From: Lingula anatina
Taxonomy: Eukaryota; Animalia; Brachiopoda
Length of the DNA stretch: 64,000 bases
Assembly (NCBI GenBank): GCA_051362555.1
Contig: CM120640.1
Location: forward strand, 50,942,788-51,006,787
Direction: 5' to 3'
The first letter of the stretch is position 1. Each line of letters opens with the position of its first letter. This document shows, one piece after another, positions 46,022 to 59,000 of this stretch. The position numbers and the translations under genes are program-made. The notes beneath the pieces are model-generated. The model was not told the origin of the DNA and made no database searches. It saw nothing but the letters and a program-made list of their open reading frames with translations.

Positions 46022-47702
46022 TTATGAAACAACAGCATTTTGTGTTCTCTTTTGTCGTATTTCATCAAATGGTGGATACACCTTACTGATACCATTATAG
46101 GAATACTTCCAGCAGTTATGTTTAAGGAAAGGTTCTTGGGAGGAAGCAAGTACTTGAGTAGGAGTCTTAAATGGCAGCTCCTCTTGTTTTATCCAACTCC
46201 GTGAAGTTGTAGACAAATTAACAGGCCCTGGGTGGCTATTTGTATGCAATTTTGGAAAACGTCTATATGATGGAGGTTTCTCGGTAGGTTCACCAAGGAA
46301 AGATGTACCATATGTGCTGTTAAAATCCGAAGCTATTGTTATTCTTCCATAATGCTTCACAAAGTCTTTCCCTGTGTAATGTTGACGCTGATCTGTTCTT
46401 TTGAGTCTTTTGCCTAAAAATCTTGATTCATTGCCCTGTAAGAAACACGCAAAAATTAAAATTGAACTAGAATTATTTAAATCAAAATAACAAGAATTAT
46501 AAAGAATACAAGATTATTTGATGACATTACTTTGAAATTACACTTTGATTTAGAGTGCATTAAACAAGGTAAGAACAAAATATTTTCAGTGATTGAAGTA
46601 AGGGCAAAAAGCAGTTTAACTTACATCTCCAAAATAAACACCATGATCTTGAAATGAATGTCTGTTATCATGAGCAGAGAAATCATTCTTGTGTTTGAAT
46701 GTTCTGTATTCTTTCTTGAAGTAAGGTTCAGGAGGAGGGTTGGGTATGTTGGAAGACTGGGGATGGAATGTTGTTGTCAACATAGTCCCAGTGCTTGTGT
46801 CAAGTGTGCGCTCTGGCTGACGAGCATATTCTTCATAACCACGGTGAGGAAACTGAAAAAATTGAAATTCAAAATTTAATAAAGCTTGAAAATTTTTCAT
46901 TTGTAATTTAGCTGCGAATTTCTCTTATAAACCCAAATTTTTGCCATAAAGATTATGTTTTTTAGCATCATAATTTAAAATTATTTTAATCTTAAAATTC
47001 TACTAGTCACCTTTATCTGTGGGATGATTTCCAATCTACATCACGAATGAATTAGATTGTGAAACAGTTATAATTAAAGTTGTCAAACATTGTACTAATC
47101 AGAAAATTTCATAAGCAAGTGACATCATTAATATATGATGATATAAGGGCATTCCTCATCAACTGTCCTGAGGTATGAAAAACATAATGGTAACCCTGTC
47201 AAAAATGGAAAATAATTACGTTTCTTACCCCACCTTATAATATATTAATACTTTTCCTTGATACATCATACTATATTAAATCTTTCCTCACTATCATTTT
47301 AAGGCTGTGAGCTGGCCTATAACCAAAACAAGGATCTCAAGGGAGGTCACTTCAAAGAAATGAAAATCAATACAAACATTGATTTGACATTTCTCTTTCT
47401 GTGGTATATCAAGTTGCTTAATTGATACAGTTATCAATTAAGTCAACAGAATAAGAGCTTTCAAACTGGGATTTATCAAAAATTACATCTAGCAAGTGTA
47501 TTTTGCTCATATTATGATTCTAAGTAAATAATAAATAAATTAACTAATATAAATATAATTAATAAACTCAACAAAAAAGAGGATATCAATCCTTACACTG
47601 TAAATTACAGATATAATTTCAACTATTATTATAAGTAAAAAATAATATTACCCAAATTCCATCAGCTTGTGTTGAAGGTGCAAAATTCCGACCCTTAGGC
47701 AT
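46022..47702 (-). CDS. TEX36: Testis-expressed protein 36-like (HDNR domain)
   Basis: Exons 47702-47652 (MPKGRNFAPSTQADGIW), 46852-46625 (FPHRG...FSAHDNRHSFQDHGVYFGD) and 46435-46022 (..YRRFPK..WKYSY..*), all phase 0. The N-terminus and HDNR motif match what I recall of TEX36. Confidence 0.85.
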
Positions 47703-48203
47703 AGTGAAGATACCGCGTCACAACCAGCCACCAGAAAATTGTTGATCTTAACACTTTCTTTCAATCCAACACAACTACAGTAGTCTATCACCTTTGTACA
47801 GTTATTGCACTCTTAGACTTTTTTTGCTCCAGAACCGACTCATATAACGAGCCAAAACTTCTCTTGGTAAAATAAATCAGCTTTTGTAGCAATAATCGTC
47901 TGGTTGCCGTCGTAATCCTATGAAAAACTACTTCTTCGGATTATGACATGCTATTGATACCGGTGGCTATGCTTAGGTGACTGAGCTCTTTCAATCCATT
48001 GTGTACAGTAGTCATGACAATAACCTCGTTTTCATGCGGCCTTGAGAAATAGATGGCGGTACATGTAAATAGTTTGGAACAACAATGACGATAATAATCT
48101 TTAAACTGCTTGTTAATGCATGAGTGAAATAAATCTGAGATTTCATAAAAACTGAAGTTGGGTAATTGGAAAAACGATATGTTTGTAGATTATACCAAGA
48201 TTT

Positions 48204-48560
48204 TTACCTCCGCCAAGGAGATTGTTTTCACCCGTTTGTTTGTCTGTCTGTTTGTTATCAACATAACTCAAAAAGTAATGGATGAATTTTGATGGAATGT
48301 TCAGGGTAGGTCAGAAATGGGTTAACTTAGAAGTGATAAGTTATTGGTGGTGATCTGGATCACCGTATGGATCCAGGATATTTTTCAAGGATTCCTTTTT
48401 CGTTATGATTTGAAGAGAAGAAATAAAATGCTTTAAAGAGAATTGTTGTTGGTGAGAAGTATTATTGTCTCCTAAAACAAATAAAGAAGTTCAAGATAGT
48501 ATGATAGGAGGAACTGAGCTGCCTTGGCTGAGGTCTGCTCTCTGAGTGCTTTTTCTAGTT
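48204..48560 (+). mobile_element. Short Helentron/DINE-like interspersed element
   Basis: 5' ttacctccgccaagg, (TGTY)n microsatellite, gatctggatcaccgtatggatccagga hairpin, 3' ccttggctgagg (inverted match of the 5' motif), then gagtgctttttctagtt. Confidence 0.7.
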
Positions 48561-48754
48561 CTTTTGATATCCAAAACGTTAACGTTAATAGAGATATAAT
48601 CAACGGTTCTGCTTAACTAGTGTTAATTGCAGAGTATTTCTATAAGTGTAAATTCTGGACAATTACTTTAAATATCTAAATAATTCTAGTTTGGAAGAGA
48701 TGTACATCATGGCAACAAAGTAACAAGGATCAAATCAAAGTTCAGTCATGTATG

Positions 48755-48772
48755 TTTATTGTATTAAAAAAA
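48755..48772 (-). promoter_or_regulatory. CPE-like element adjacent to poly(A) hexamer at the probable CDC25 3' end
   Basis: Minus strand reads TTTTTTTAAT-ac-AATAAA. Confidence 0.5.
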
Positions 48773-50348
48773 CATGGATACTGACAATCATACAAGTAAA
48801 CCATACATTTTCACACTCACAACAGCTATAAAATTCAATTAGTGAAAATTCTCAAGTCAGTGACAGCTGTGCATGTGAAATCCATTATGCACAGGCATAA
48901 TTTACAAATACATGCTGAACGTACGTTATCTGGATGTTACTTTGAAAAATGTCCTATTTGAAATACAGGTACATTCTCACCCAAATTTTAAATGTGTTAA
49001 ACTGCATTGCTTCATGAGACTGATGAAAAAAAAATTCAAATAAAGATAAAAGTAAACAGGTAAAATTATGTCAGATAATCAGAGCTACAGGTCAGAGAAA
49101 TGATTTGTAAACATTCATTTACAAAATTGCAAGTCAAGTTTTTTATGCACCTTTCTCTTTATATAAGTGACAACATAAAATACAATGAAAAAATTAACAT
49201 TGGGGCCTAAGGTAGAATGAATAAATAAATAAACAAACACATGGTAAATAAAAAATTAAAACAACCCTGGTAACAAAAGCCCTGAACCAACATCTTTGAA
49301 TATTTCTTCTGTCTATATACACTATCAAGAATGTTGATACTATATACTGCAAATTTTCTCCATGAGACTTGACCAACAGTAAAAATATTATTTTGGAAGG
49401 TCGATTCAAAATCAAAATTTACATCAAAACCAAAACCGATCAGGCTATTATGTTAAATTGCAACTTGTACTATTTCACATTTGTCAAGCCACAGTAGTTA
49501 ATAATCAATGCACTTGCATATATTTTCAAGATACAAAATATTAAAACAAAATAATAATGCCAGTTCATAAGTTTTGTTTTAACATCTTTACTTTCAACCA
49601 AAATTCCTAGGGCCATTTGTTGAAAAAAAAATTAATTAAAAATAATAATAAAATGTCATTAAAATTGTAAAAAAGTTATGACAATAAAGTTATTGCAAAA
49701 GAACAGTGTTGTTAATTATAACACATAGTGACTTGGTGATTTCAATGAAGACAGTTCTTACTTGATAAGCTGGTAAAACAAAACAATGGTAAAACAATTA
49801 ATTTACTTCAAACTTATTTCATAATGTGTGCTTTACTTTACTTCAGATGCTAATTATAAAAAAGACTCAAATTGTTTCTTTAAAAGAATTGTAACAATAA
49901 TAATAAAGCTTTTACCTAAGGTAAGACCCCTTAAGCAATTTCACAACTTGCCTTTCTATCTGTTTGTCTTTTCCCAACATACTACATACACTAATGCATT
50001 CTTAGCTACCATGGATAAGTCTAAATATTTTCTCTACAATACTAGATATTAGTCATAAAGTATTCTTTTCATACTGAACATGTACATTTACATGGAGCCA
50101 ATCACATATATGTATACAAATGGAGAATGCCAGTTCTACCAAAGTATGTACAAATACTATCACACACACATACACAAGCGATGTCACATTTACCTACACA
50201 TTCATAAATACACATAAACATAAAACATAACACTCATTCATAACATCTCTATAAAAGGACTTTTAGGAAGAAAGGTACATGGCATTTCACTGATAAATCA
50301 AATAACCTATAAATATTTCATCTATACAACAATTAGAAGTCAGCAATT

Positions 50349-51516
50349 TCAGTTACAGTCTTTAAATAAAGACCCTGTCCTTAATCCTAGTCTGCTATTA
50401 CGATCGCCTGCAGCCCAAGACTTAGACTTGGTACGGAAATGCTTGAGATCTTGAGCATGGTCAACATGAAGCATTGGTTTGTATTCTGGAGGCTCACAAA
50501 GGTCCTATGAAAAAGTTCAAATAAGTTATTATGTAAATTTTCTAATTTAAATTAAATAAATCAAATAGTAATTTTCCTGTAAATAATATTTATATTTACT
50601 TTCCAAAATTACAAAAGCAATAATTCTATGCTTTCATTCTTCTCACATTACCTTATTTTCACAGTACAGAGCCTTATATCCACCTTCTAAAAGATAAATC
50701 TCTGGATAATGTAGTGCTGGATAACAATCTTTGTTTGAATCTCTGTCCTTGTTCCGTAAAAAGCGACTCCTAAAATCAGATTACATAATAATATAAACAC
50801 ACACTGGTCATTTCCATTCAACTGATGATTTGTTTTAAGTCGGGCAATGATCTCATAGCTTAGAAACATAAACTGAAAAGTCTTTCTGCAAACAGGTAAC
50901 TCATTACAAGATTCCTTTCATGTCTTCTATGCTACACACTTTGGCACGCTATCTCTGATTAACTTACAAGTTTGGAGCTCTCTCTGACGAAAATTCACAG
51001 TGAAAAATGAGAACTGTCCTCTTAGAACTGTTCTTCTCTTTTGGTGGAGTCTCCAAGAATTCTTTCATTATACCTTCTTTTGTGTATATATTTTTTGCAT
51101 TCTGAAAACAGGAAACTAGTGAATACAGTGTTGTCAAAGATAATGAACAGATTACCCATCAAATATACACATTTATTCGAAATAAGGCAACTGAAAGTAT
51201 TTAATTCTACATATGTAGGGTTATTCTCTTGCAGTTGACATTTATGCACACTTACTAATTTTATGAAAAAAAAAAAAATTAAATTTTACTCATCCAATAT
51301 GTTAGTCTGAAAACATTTAGAAAGATTTGGGGGGGGGGGGGGGGGGAGAATGAAATAAAACTTACTTTGATATGACCACCTTCATACTCGTATGGATATC
51401 GACAGTCGATTATTGTGTACTCTTCAACAACTTGGTCATATTCTCCATTGATCAAATTCTCCAACTGGAAATAATAACAATAATGGTTATTGAATATTTA
51501 TGCAACAAACAACAGC

Positions 51517-51579
<63 letters not shown>

Positions 51580-54500
51580 ACTGACTACTGAGTGTCAAGA
51601 TTGAATAGGGAAATTATTTGGATTTAAAAAAACATAGCAACAATAAAAATAATATTACAACAAAAATGACCTATTAAAGCCATCCAGGTTGATCACATGA
51701 GATATAACTTACAACAAAATATGTTTTATGCAAGTTAAACGTACTGTATTTGGTGTGATAGCCTTTAGATCTTGGTGCTTTCCTCTGATAAGTGGTAGGC
51801 AATAATCCTAGAAACATTCAACAGAAATTAATTAATGCATAATTCAACTAATAAGGAGTAGATATAATTTGCAAATATATCAAAAGTATGTAACTAGAGG
51901 TTTAATCATCACCTGCATTAGATTTTAGTGTTTATATATATAACAAAGCATAATTTATAATGTTTTCACATTAATCTTACAGCATAGTAACCAAACAGTT
52001 TTATCCAATTTACCTTTGAAAAATCCCCAATGAGGTCCTGCTCACTGTCACCTGAAGATAAATAAGTTATACAGTAATGGAAATATTCAAAATGTATAGA
52101 GAATCAAACTGAAGAGATAGCAATGAATTTTATTTTGAAAAAAAGATGAAGAGAAGAGTCTGAATCTGCATGAATGAATTAATAAAATGATTGGATATAA
52201 AAATAATTCATCTCTGCATCTAAAAAATAACATTAATTAAAACCTTATGACATGCATCTGGTATTAAAGTGAAATCTATATAACACTGAAATTAAGACAT
52301 CAGTTTTTCACGTACCTTTATTCAATGCACTTTTGATCATAGCTTCTGTTTCAGAATGGCACCTATGCATCCGCCTTGCAGGAGCAATCTAAAAGGGGAA
52401 TATTCAAAGTTATCAAAATCAAATTCAAAATCACATAATATCCTAAACAAAATTTGAACAATTGCATTTGCTGTAGTATTATTAATAGACTCCACTCACC
52501 TCTGTTTCTGGATTTGAACATGTGTCATACTCCACGACACTCTTTCTTCGCTTGTTGGACACGGGTGTCGTGTTTTCTCTGGGTGGTTCAGGTCTCTTGT
52601 ATGAGAAAGGTCTTGATCTTACATCAAAAGACTGTGATCTGCCCAGCTTTGGTGCACTTGGAGATCTAAACAAGCCTCGAGGTCTGGTACATGTCTATAA
52701 AAAAATATACAGCTGGTACATAGGAGTTTCCTACAGTTCTTTAGGTTTATCTCTTGGTCTTCAATGAGAATCTATTTCAGCTAAAACATTTTAGACAATT
52801 TACACAATAGTTCAATTTTGGAAATCATCATTAAGATCTTAAGTGTGTTCTCTTTACTGAAATAAAAATACTGAACAATAAAATACCCGGCACTCTCCCT
52901 TACCCTCCATATTCTATTGTTCACTGTAATATTCTCCTTTTCTTTTTCATCATTTGCCACAGTAATGGGAGCAGTTAGTAAACCAGACATACTGCTAGGC
53001 AATGAAGTCTGAAGCAAGAAAAAATAGCAAATAAAGGTTTACATTCTTCTTAATCAAAATAAGCTTATTTCATAAAAAATTTACTGACTAAATAAAGAGT
53101 CTCAGATGTGCAATTGATAAGAACTAAAAGGTTTCCAAGATATTTCAGATACTACTTCATGGTTTCTAAAGGAATGCAAGAGTTTTTCTTGCTGTAATGT
53201 TACTTAGTGTTTGTACCTGTTCCCTGTCTATGTCCAATTGCTCTAAAAAGCCATCGTCCTCATCATCTTCATGCATGCTGCTAGTCAGTGAGCTGGTCAA
53301 TAGACCAGGGCTGTCTGCTTCTTGAATAGGGGATGGCACTTTTAAGTTAAAAGTCTGAAAAAAATCAAGGGAATTAAAATTGACTCCCTTTTACAACAAC
53401 CAGATATAGCTGTACAAGTATTCTATGGTTTGAAAAAATGACAACTTGATAGTTTGGTATTATATACAGGGACGAGAAGAGTAACATAAGAAATAATGGT
53501 ACATCTGTGTCATTAAGACATCATACTCAATGTCAAAAAGCCTTCAAGCTACAATGGTATTAGGTCATTCAATTATATTACTTACATATTTCTTGGTTTT
53601 GGAAGAGTAAAATTAAACAAAAGGCCTAAATCCTACTGCCACTTACAATTGTTCCAGCAGGAGCTGAAGTGGGTCTTCTACATTTAGCAGGAGAGCTATC
53701 CTGACCAAACGAGTTCTGCTGTATTGTCTTTCCAGGAGACTGCTTTACAGGGGAATATTTCTTGGGTGAACAAGTTTCCTCACTTATGTGTCTGTAGCGA
53801 CTCCTAGGTGCCAAATCGATTGGCTTGATGAATTTGAAGTCATCAGGTTCCTGAAAAGAAATGCACATAGATGGATTGCTATTTTTTCTAATGGATATAT
53901 CTTTCTAAAATGTTTCTTTGTCATTTCATTACATTTAATGACTTAAGCATTATGCATGCTAAAGATTTTGTCTACCTCTTCATAAGGATAATCAATACAA
54001 GTGTCATCTTTACTTATCTGACAAACGAAAAACTTGTATCTTGCATTGCTTATTAGTGAAATATTGATAAAAGAAAAGTATCATATTTAAAAAAGAGGAT
54101 GACACATCAATCACTGTCATGAAGAGGTTGAACAAAAACATATTCAACAGCAAATGTAACAATATTTTGATTCTTTGAAACACATATTTTAACAATGTGC
54201 CTAACAGTATGAGCCAGTTCTTTTTATTCAAGAGGACATGGTCCTCTGCTACATCTATCTTATCTGGTCCACATCACGCCAAATTAGGGCAGTCTGGATA
54301 AACAAAAGGCACTAAACACTGCAATTATTACTAATTATCTTCACAGTTATCCTGCTATGGTCTGCTTCACTCAAAACTACCCTGAGTCTGTTTTAGAGAT
54401 CAACTGTCTGGTCAAATAACAGTCATTCACTATAGCCATTCACAAGGTGCCAATTACCTGGCAGATTGCAATTCAGACAAAAATCTCCACAGAATCAGGT

Positions 54501-57500
54501 GACAAAAGGTGACCCCAAATTGCCGCTTAAAATCCGTCTCCAAATTGCCACTTAAAATCTCTCTCTCATTCAGGTCAAAACGTGATTTGTTAAGAGATTT
54601 GGCAACATTAATATTCAATTATGGGGACAAAATAACATTTTTGAGCAAATTTAAGTTCCAATTAAAGGATATGTTGTCATGAAAGTATAATTTTATTAGA
54701 GTATTGAGCAAAAAGTAAAACCCTTAAGTGCTTAGTTCAGCCATCTGTAAAAATATGCATGTCACTGTAATTCAAATGTCATAGGCCCTTTCAGAAAAAA
54801 TGTATTAATTAGTTATTATTTATTCATGTATTTATCTGAGAGCATATGTTTCATTTCCTTTCTTACAATTCCAAATGAAGCCTTTGAGCATTAAATACTG
54901 TTGGTTTACCATCAAATTTTCTATTTTCCATCCTTAAAATTTTCTTTGTTGCTTCAACTTTAGATAAAACAATAATAAAACAACCATTTGACCCACAGCT
55001 TTAATCCTATAAGCCTTCCAATAACTAAATTTTAACCAAGTGGGATTATCCCTAATTCCATGGCATTACTTCTCCGAGGGACTTATGCCCCATGGCCCTA
55101 TTAACAGACTATTAACACTTCATTTTATGACACCATGACAAACACTATTGGGGAGCCTGTGATAGTTTTGACAGCATGCAAAAAGATCCTGTTTACATGC
55201 TTGTGACAATTTTTTCTATCAGCAACAGAAAAACTAATACATCTTTATTTTAATTTAGATTATCAATACGTTGATTGTGTGGCTTAATCCAATATCCCCC
55301 CCCCCCCCTCATGATACAAAATTTAACTTTGGTAACAAAATAATCAAAAATCCTGACCTGTCCAACCCCACTGTCCTGAGATCCCCCATCTTGGTCATCC
55401 ACACCTCCTCCAAAACTGGATGCAAGGTCAGAGTTGGGAGACTTAACTGTCCTTGTGATGCTGCCTTTAGGAAAGCCCAGGTTCTCAAATGAAGGACTAC
55501 ATGAGCCTTGCAGTTCTGATAGGTTAGTCTGAAAAAAAATCAATATGTCACTTATTTATGACCTCAAATTAAAAGCTTGACACCACATTTTTACATGTAA
55601 CTTGTTTAAATAGTCACTTATCAAAACACCATTGTTTTAGACCAATATCTATACAAATAATGATAATAACTTACAGGTACAGATGAATATCTCTTGAAAG
55701 CACTCCCCTCTCGTGAGGACCTGAATGGGAAGGAGATAAGAACAGGATAGAGAACAATCTATAAGTTCCATCTATGAATCATAACATTTATATCTTCATC
55801 ACTATCCACCCCATGGTCACATTTAATACAGGTCAGTTCCACTCACTTATGTCTGTTAACCATAAAAAGCTTGATAACAGCAAATACTTAATTCAATTTT
55901 CTTCTACATCATTTTTGTTTTCAAGGTGGTGTTAAGATTAATATATAGCAAGACATCGACTTGAAATGCTTTTTTCCTTGCTAGTACATCCCTATTTACA
56001 TTTATACAACAAATACATTTCATAACACTACAGGCAAGAAATGGGTATAAGTTGCTGGTTATGTTATTTCAAAGATAACATTGGACTTGTTTTAACATAA
56101 ACCATTCCACTGTCTACTTTTTGGTTATTGATCATGAAGATTCACAACAAAACTTGAAAAGTCAAATTTTTCTCTTTTACTTAGTCAGTGAACAATACAA
56201 AGGCATAAAGGGTGGTTTTCAATTCTTAATTACAACCATAACACACATGGATGCACATCTATGAACTTGATGAACTTGTAAGTAAAGGTGAGAGCAAACA
56301 AAGAAATTGCCAGGTGTTATTTACCTTAGATTTTGGTCCCTCTCTAGACTTTCAAAGACACTTTCAAATCTGGAAATCAACAAACAGTTGTCTACTTGCA
56401 TTGCTTGCTACATAAACATTAGCAATTCTTTTAAACAATTAAGTAGAAACACACAAGGAATATATAGATTCTTTCAATCCCTTAAACTTCAGTAAACTTA
56501 CAGTTCAGAAGAAAAAAAGCATTTGCTATACAACACAGTAAAATTACTTCAAATATTTATTTTCAATTGATGCATATTCCCCAGCCAGCTGTAAAGGTGA
56601 CCAGCATTTGCCAAAATCTGGAACAGCTGTTACTATATTCACCGATCAATGTTTGCATAGAAACTTACAAAGACCTCACTTAACGACCCCAAGTGCACCT
56701 TTTCAGGGGGAAGCTCACCTTTCTATAGAAAATTCTATCTGAACCCACACAGGTCATGAATTAAATAACTGTTTAACCTGCCAATTTCAGTAAATATTTT
56801 CTGCAACTTTCATTTTTTCTGTTTCCTTATTACTATGATATAGTAACAAAACAATGTATTTTTTTTACCTCTGTTCATATGTAGGAGAATCTAAAGGACT
56901 TGGAGAATCTACGAAACAACCTGAAATGAGATGCAGATCTTAGATGTCTTAATTACCATAGAGCTTTTAACTTAACAAAGTTATCAGTTGAGAACATACA
57001 TAAATTTACTGCTGTAATGTGCACCTTACTTATATGTGAGAAAATGCACCTAACTGATATGTGAGAAAATACACAGTTTAGTTTCAACAGTTATTATTAT
57101 TATCAAACAGGATGTCAGATAAGAATTTACACAGAATTGCCCATGGCTAAAGAACAATTTACCTGGGCACTTAGTTAAAGCAATACAGAAGTTATGAATA
57201 ACACATTCTTATTCAAATTTTGTTGAAGAAAATGCATATTCACTACAGAGATTGCATAAACACCTTATCTAACACTCACAATTTAGTTACAACCAAACAA
57301 TTTAACAATATCCATACATCATATATACTTATGAAAGTTGGGAGTCCACTGCGATATTCAGTGTTACAAACCCTTCATTGGCATATAACTTATTATGTAA
57401 CATAACAGGTATGAAATCACATGAAAATGGGCCTTACCTCCATCTACTGATGAAAGCTGTCTAAATAATGGTCTCACAGGAGGAGGAGTAGGAGTTCCGG

Positions 57501-58307
57501 TGCTTGATAATGATAATCTCCGCTTAGGTGTGCCACAAAGACTGAAATGTTCAATTACCATCAGTACTACTTCAGCAATTATACATTCATGCAAGGAAGT
57601 TGGCAGTCCATCAGATGAAAAATTTAGTGATACCTTTTTGCTCACACAAACGAACATGTGGCAAAATCTGTATTTGGCAATGTATATATAAAACAATTTA
57701 AAATGTAAACTGAATAGTGACCCATGCATCTTTGTATCTCATAGAGTTGATACAACATAATACAATATCAATTTACATAAAAGTTACCAATGGCAGTAAG
57801 AGTAAAGACAGCTGTTATGTCAATGCAAACAGTTCATTTTTTCCAAATGACCTATACATGTGATAATATTATAAGCATTGAATGTGAATAACAAGTCTAT
57901 AAATCTGTTTACCACCTTTTTTTCAACGTAAGTTGTAGCAATTTGTTTTAACATACTTTTTCACAAAATTTAAGGTACTTATGATGAAGTTCGCCTCCCC
58001 CCTTCCAAAAAATAAAAAAAATAATAATAAAATACAAATCTTAAATTTTCATGTATCAAATTTGCAATAAAGATTCTTACCTTGCTGTTGTCAGTTCATG
58101 CAGATTCAAAGCTAGATCTGTCACTGGAGAGAACATGATATTGCTATGACTTTCAGCAAATTGTGGCGAAAAACTGTTCACACATGATTTTGATAGCTGC
58201 AGTGTTAAAAATTTCTTTTCTTTTACTGTAGATCCCTTGCCTTTGTGTTGATGCGGTATATTTTGACTCTCGGACAACGGCAGCGGTTTCTCCAATCTAT
58301 CACACAT
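50349..58307 (-). CDS. CDC25: M-phase inducer phosphatase Cdc25
   Basis: 17 phase-consistent exons: 58307-58081, 57541-57438, 56920-56869, 56369-56325, 55720-55675, 55528-55358, 53850-53647, 53354-53217, 53008-52904, 52694-52500, 52388-52316, 52051-52014, 51807-51745, 51464-51366, 51101-50968, 50769-50652, 50504-50349. Motifs: [36 protein letters not shown], catalytic [23 protein letters not shown]. Confidence 0.97.
51518..51576. repeat. (GA)n microsatellite
   Basis: Visible directly in the sequence. Confidence 0.95.
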
Positions 58308-58599
58308 GGTAGAAATTACAGAATTACGACGAACAGCATAAGTTTCTTGGTAAAATTGTTGATAATTGTCACTTTCATCAATATGAAAAACTAAGCAGCA
58401 AGACTCGGCTCAAATCTTTCGTGTTCCCTTGACTAAGCAACCTATCCAGTCCACCAACTTCTCCCTAGCAGCCTTCCAGACACTCGACCCTCGTTCATCT
58501 ATGAAGACATGTGCCTGCTGCTATGATTGCATCCTGTTATGAAGGTTTACAGCCTGGAGGACTGGAAGACAAAGACTTAATTGCACATCAGGTGTACGG

Positions 58600-58890
58600 C
58601 ATGAAGCACCGCCACTCCATTTGAAAAATAACAGGGATTGGCCAATCATGGCGGTGACGCCTAGACATGCGCACTCCATACGCGATTACTATACACAGGA
58701 ATTTACTACAATTAACACAAGTTTACAGCGAAATGATATTTAACATTCCAAAGAATAAAATAAAAATATGTCAATTTGCAAAAAATATGTTTTTAAACCA
58801 AAATAATACACTTGCATTCTTATAAGTTAAAAAGCACTAAGGGGCACCCAAGCCTACGCATGCGCGTTAGGTTGGCGCGAATCTCTGAAT
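58600..58890. promoter_or_regulatory. Bidirectional cell-cycle promoter CDC25/SLBP
   Basis: CHR-like TTTGAA (58620-58625), back-to-back CCAAT palindrome gattggccaatc (~58636-58647), NRF1-like cgcatgcgcg (~58857-58866) and E2F-like ttggcgcgaa (~58872-58881). Confidence 0.6.
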
Positions 58891-59000
58891 ATTTCTCATC
58901 TTCGAGTGGTTTGTTTATATTCTAAAAACTTTTGTCTTTTTAATATAATAATCTTTTTAAGGCAAAATTTTGAAAATCTGTAAACATCACATATTCAAGA

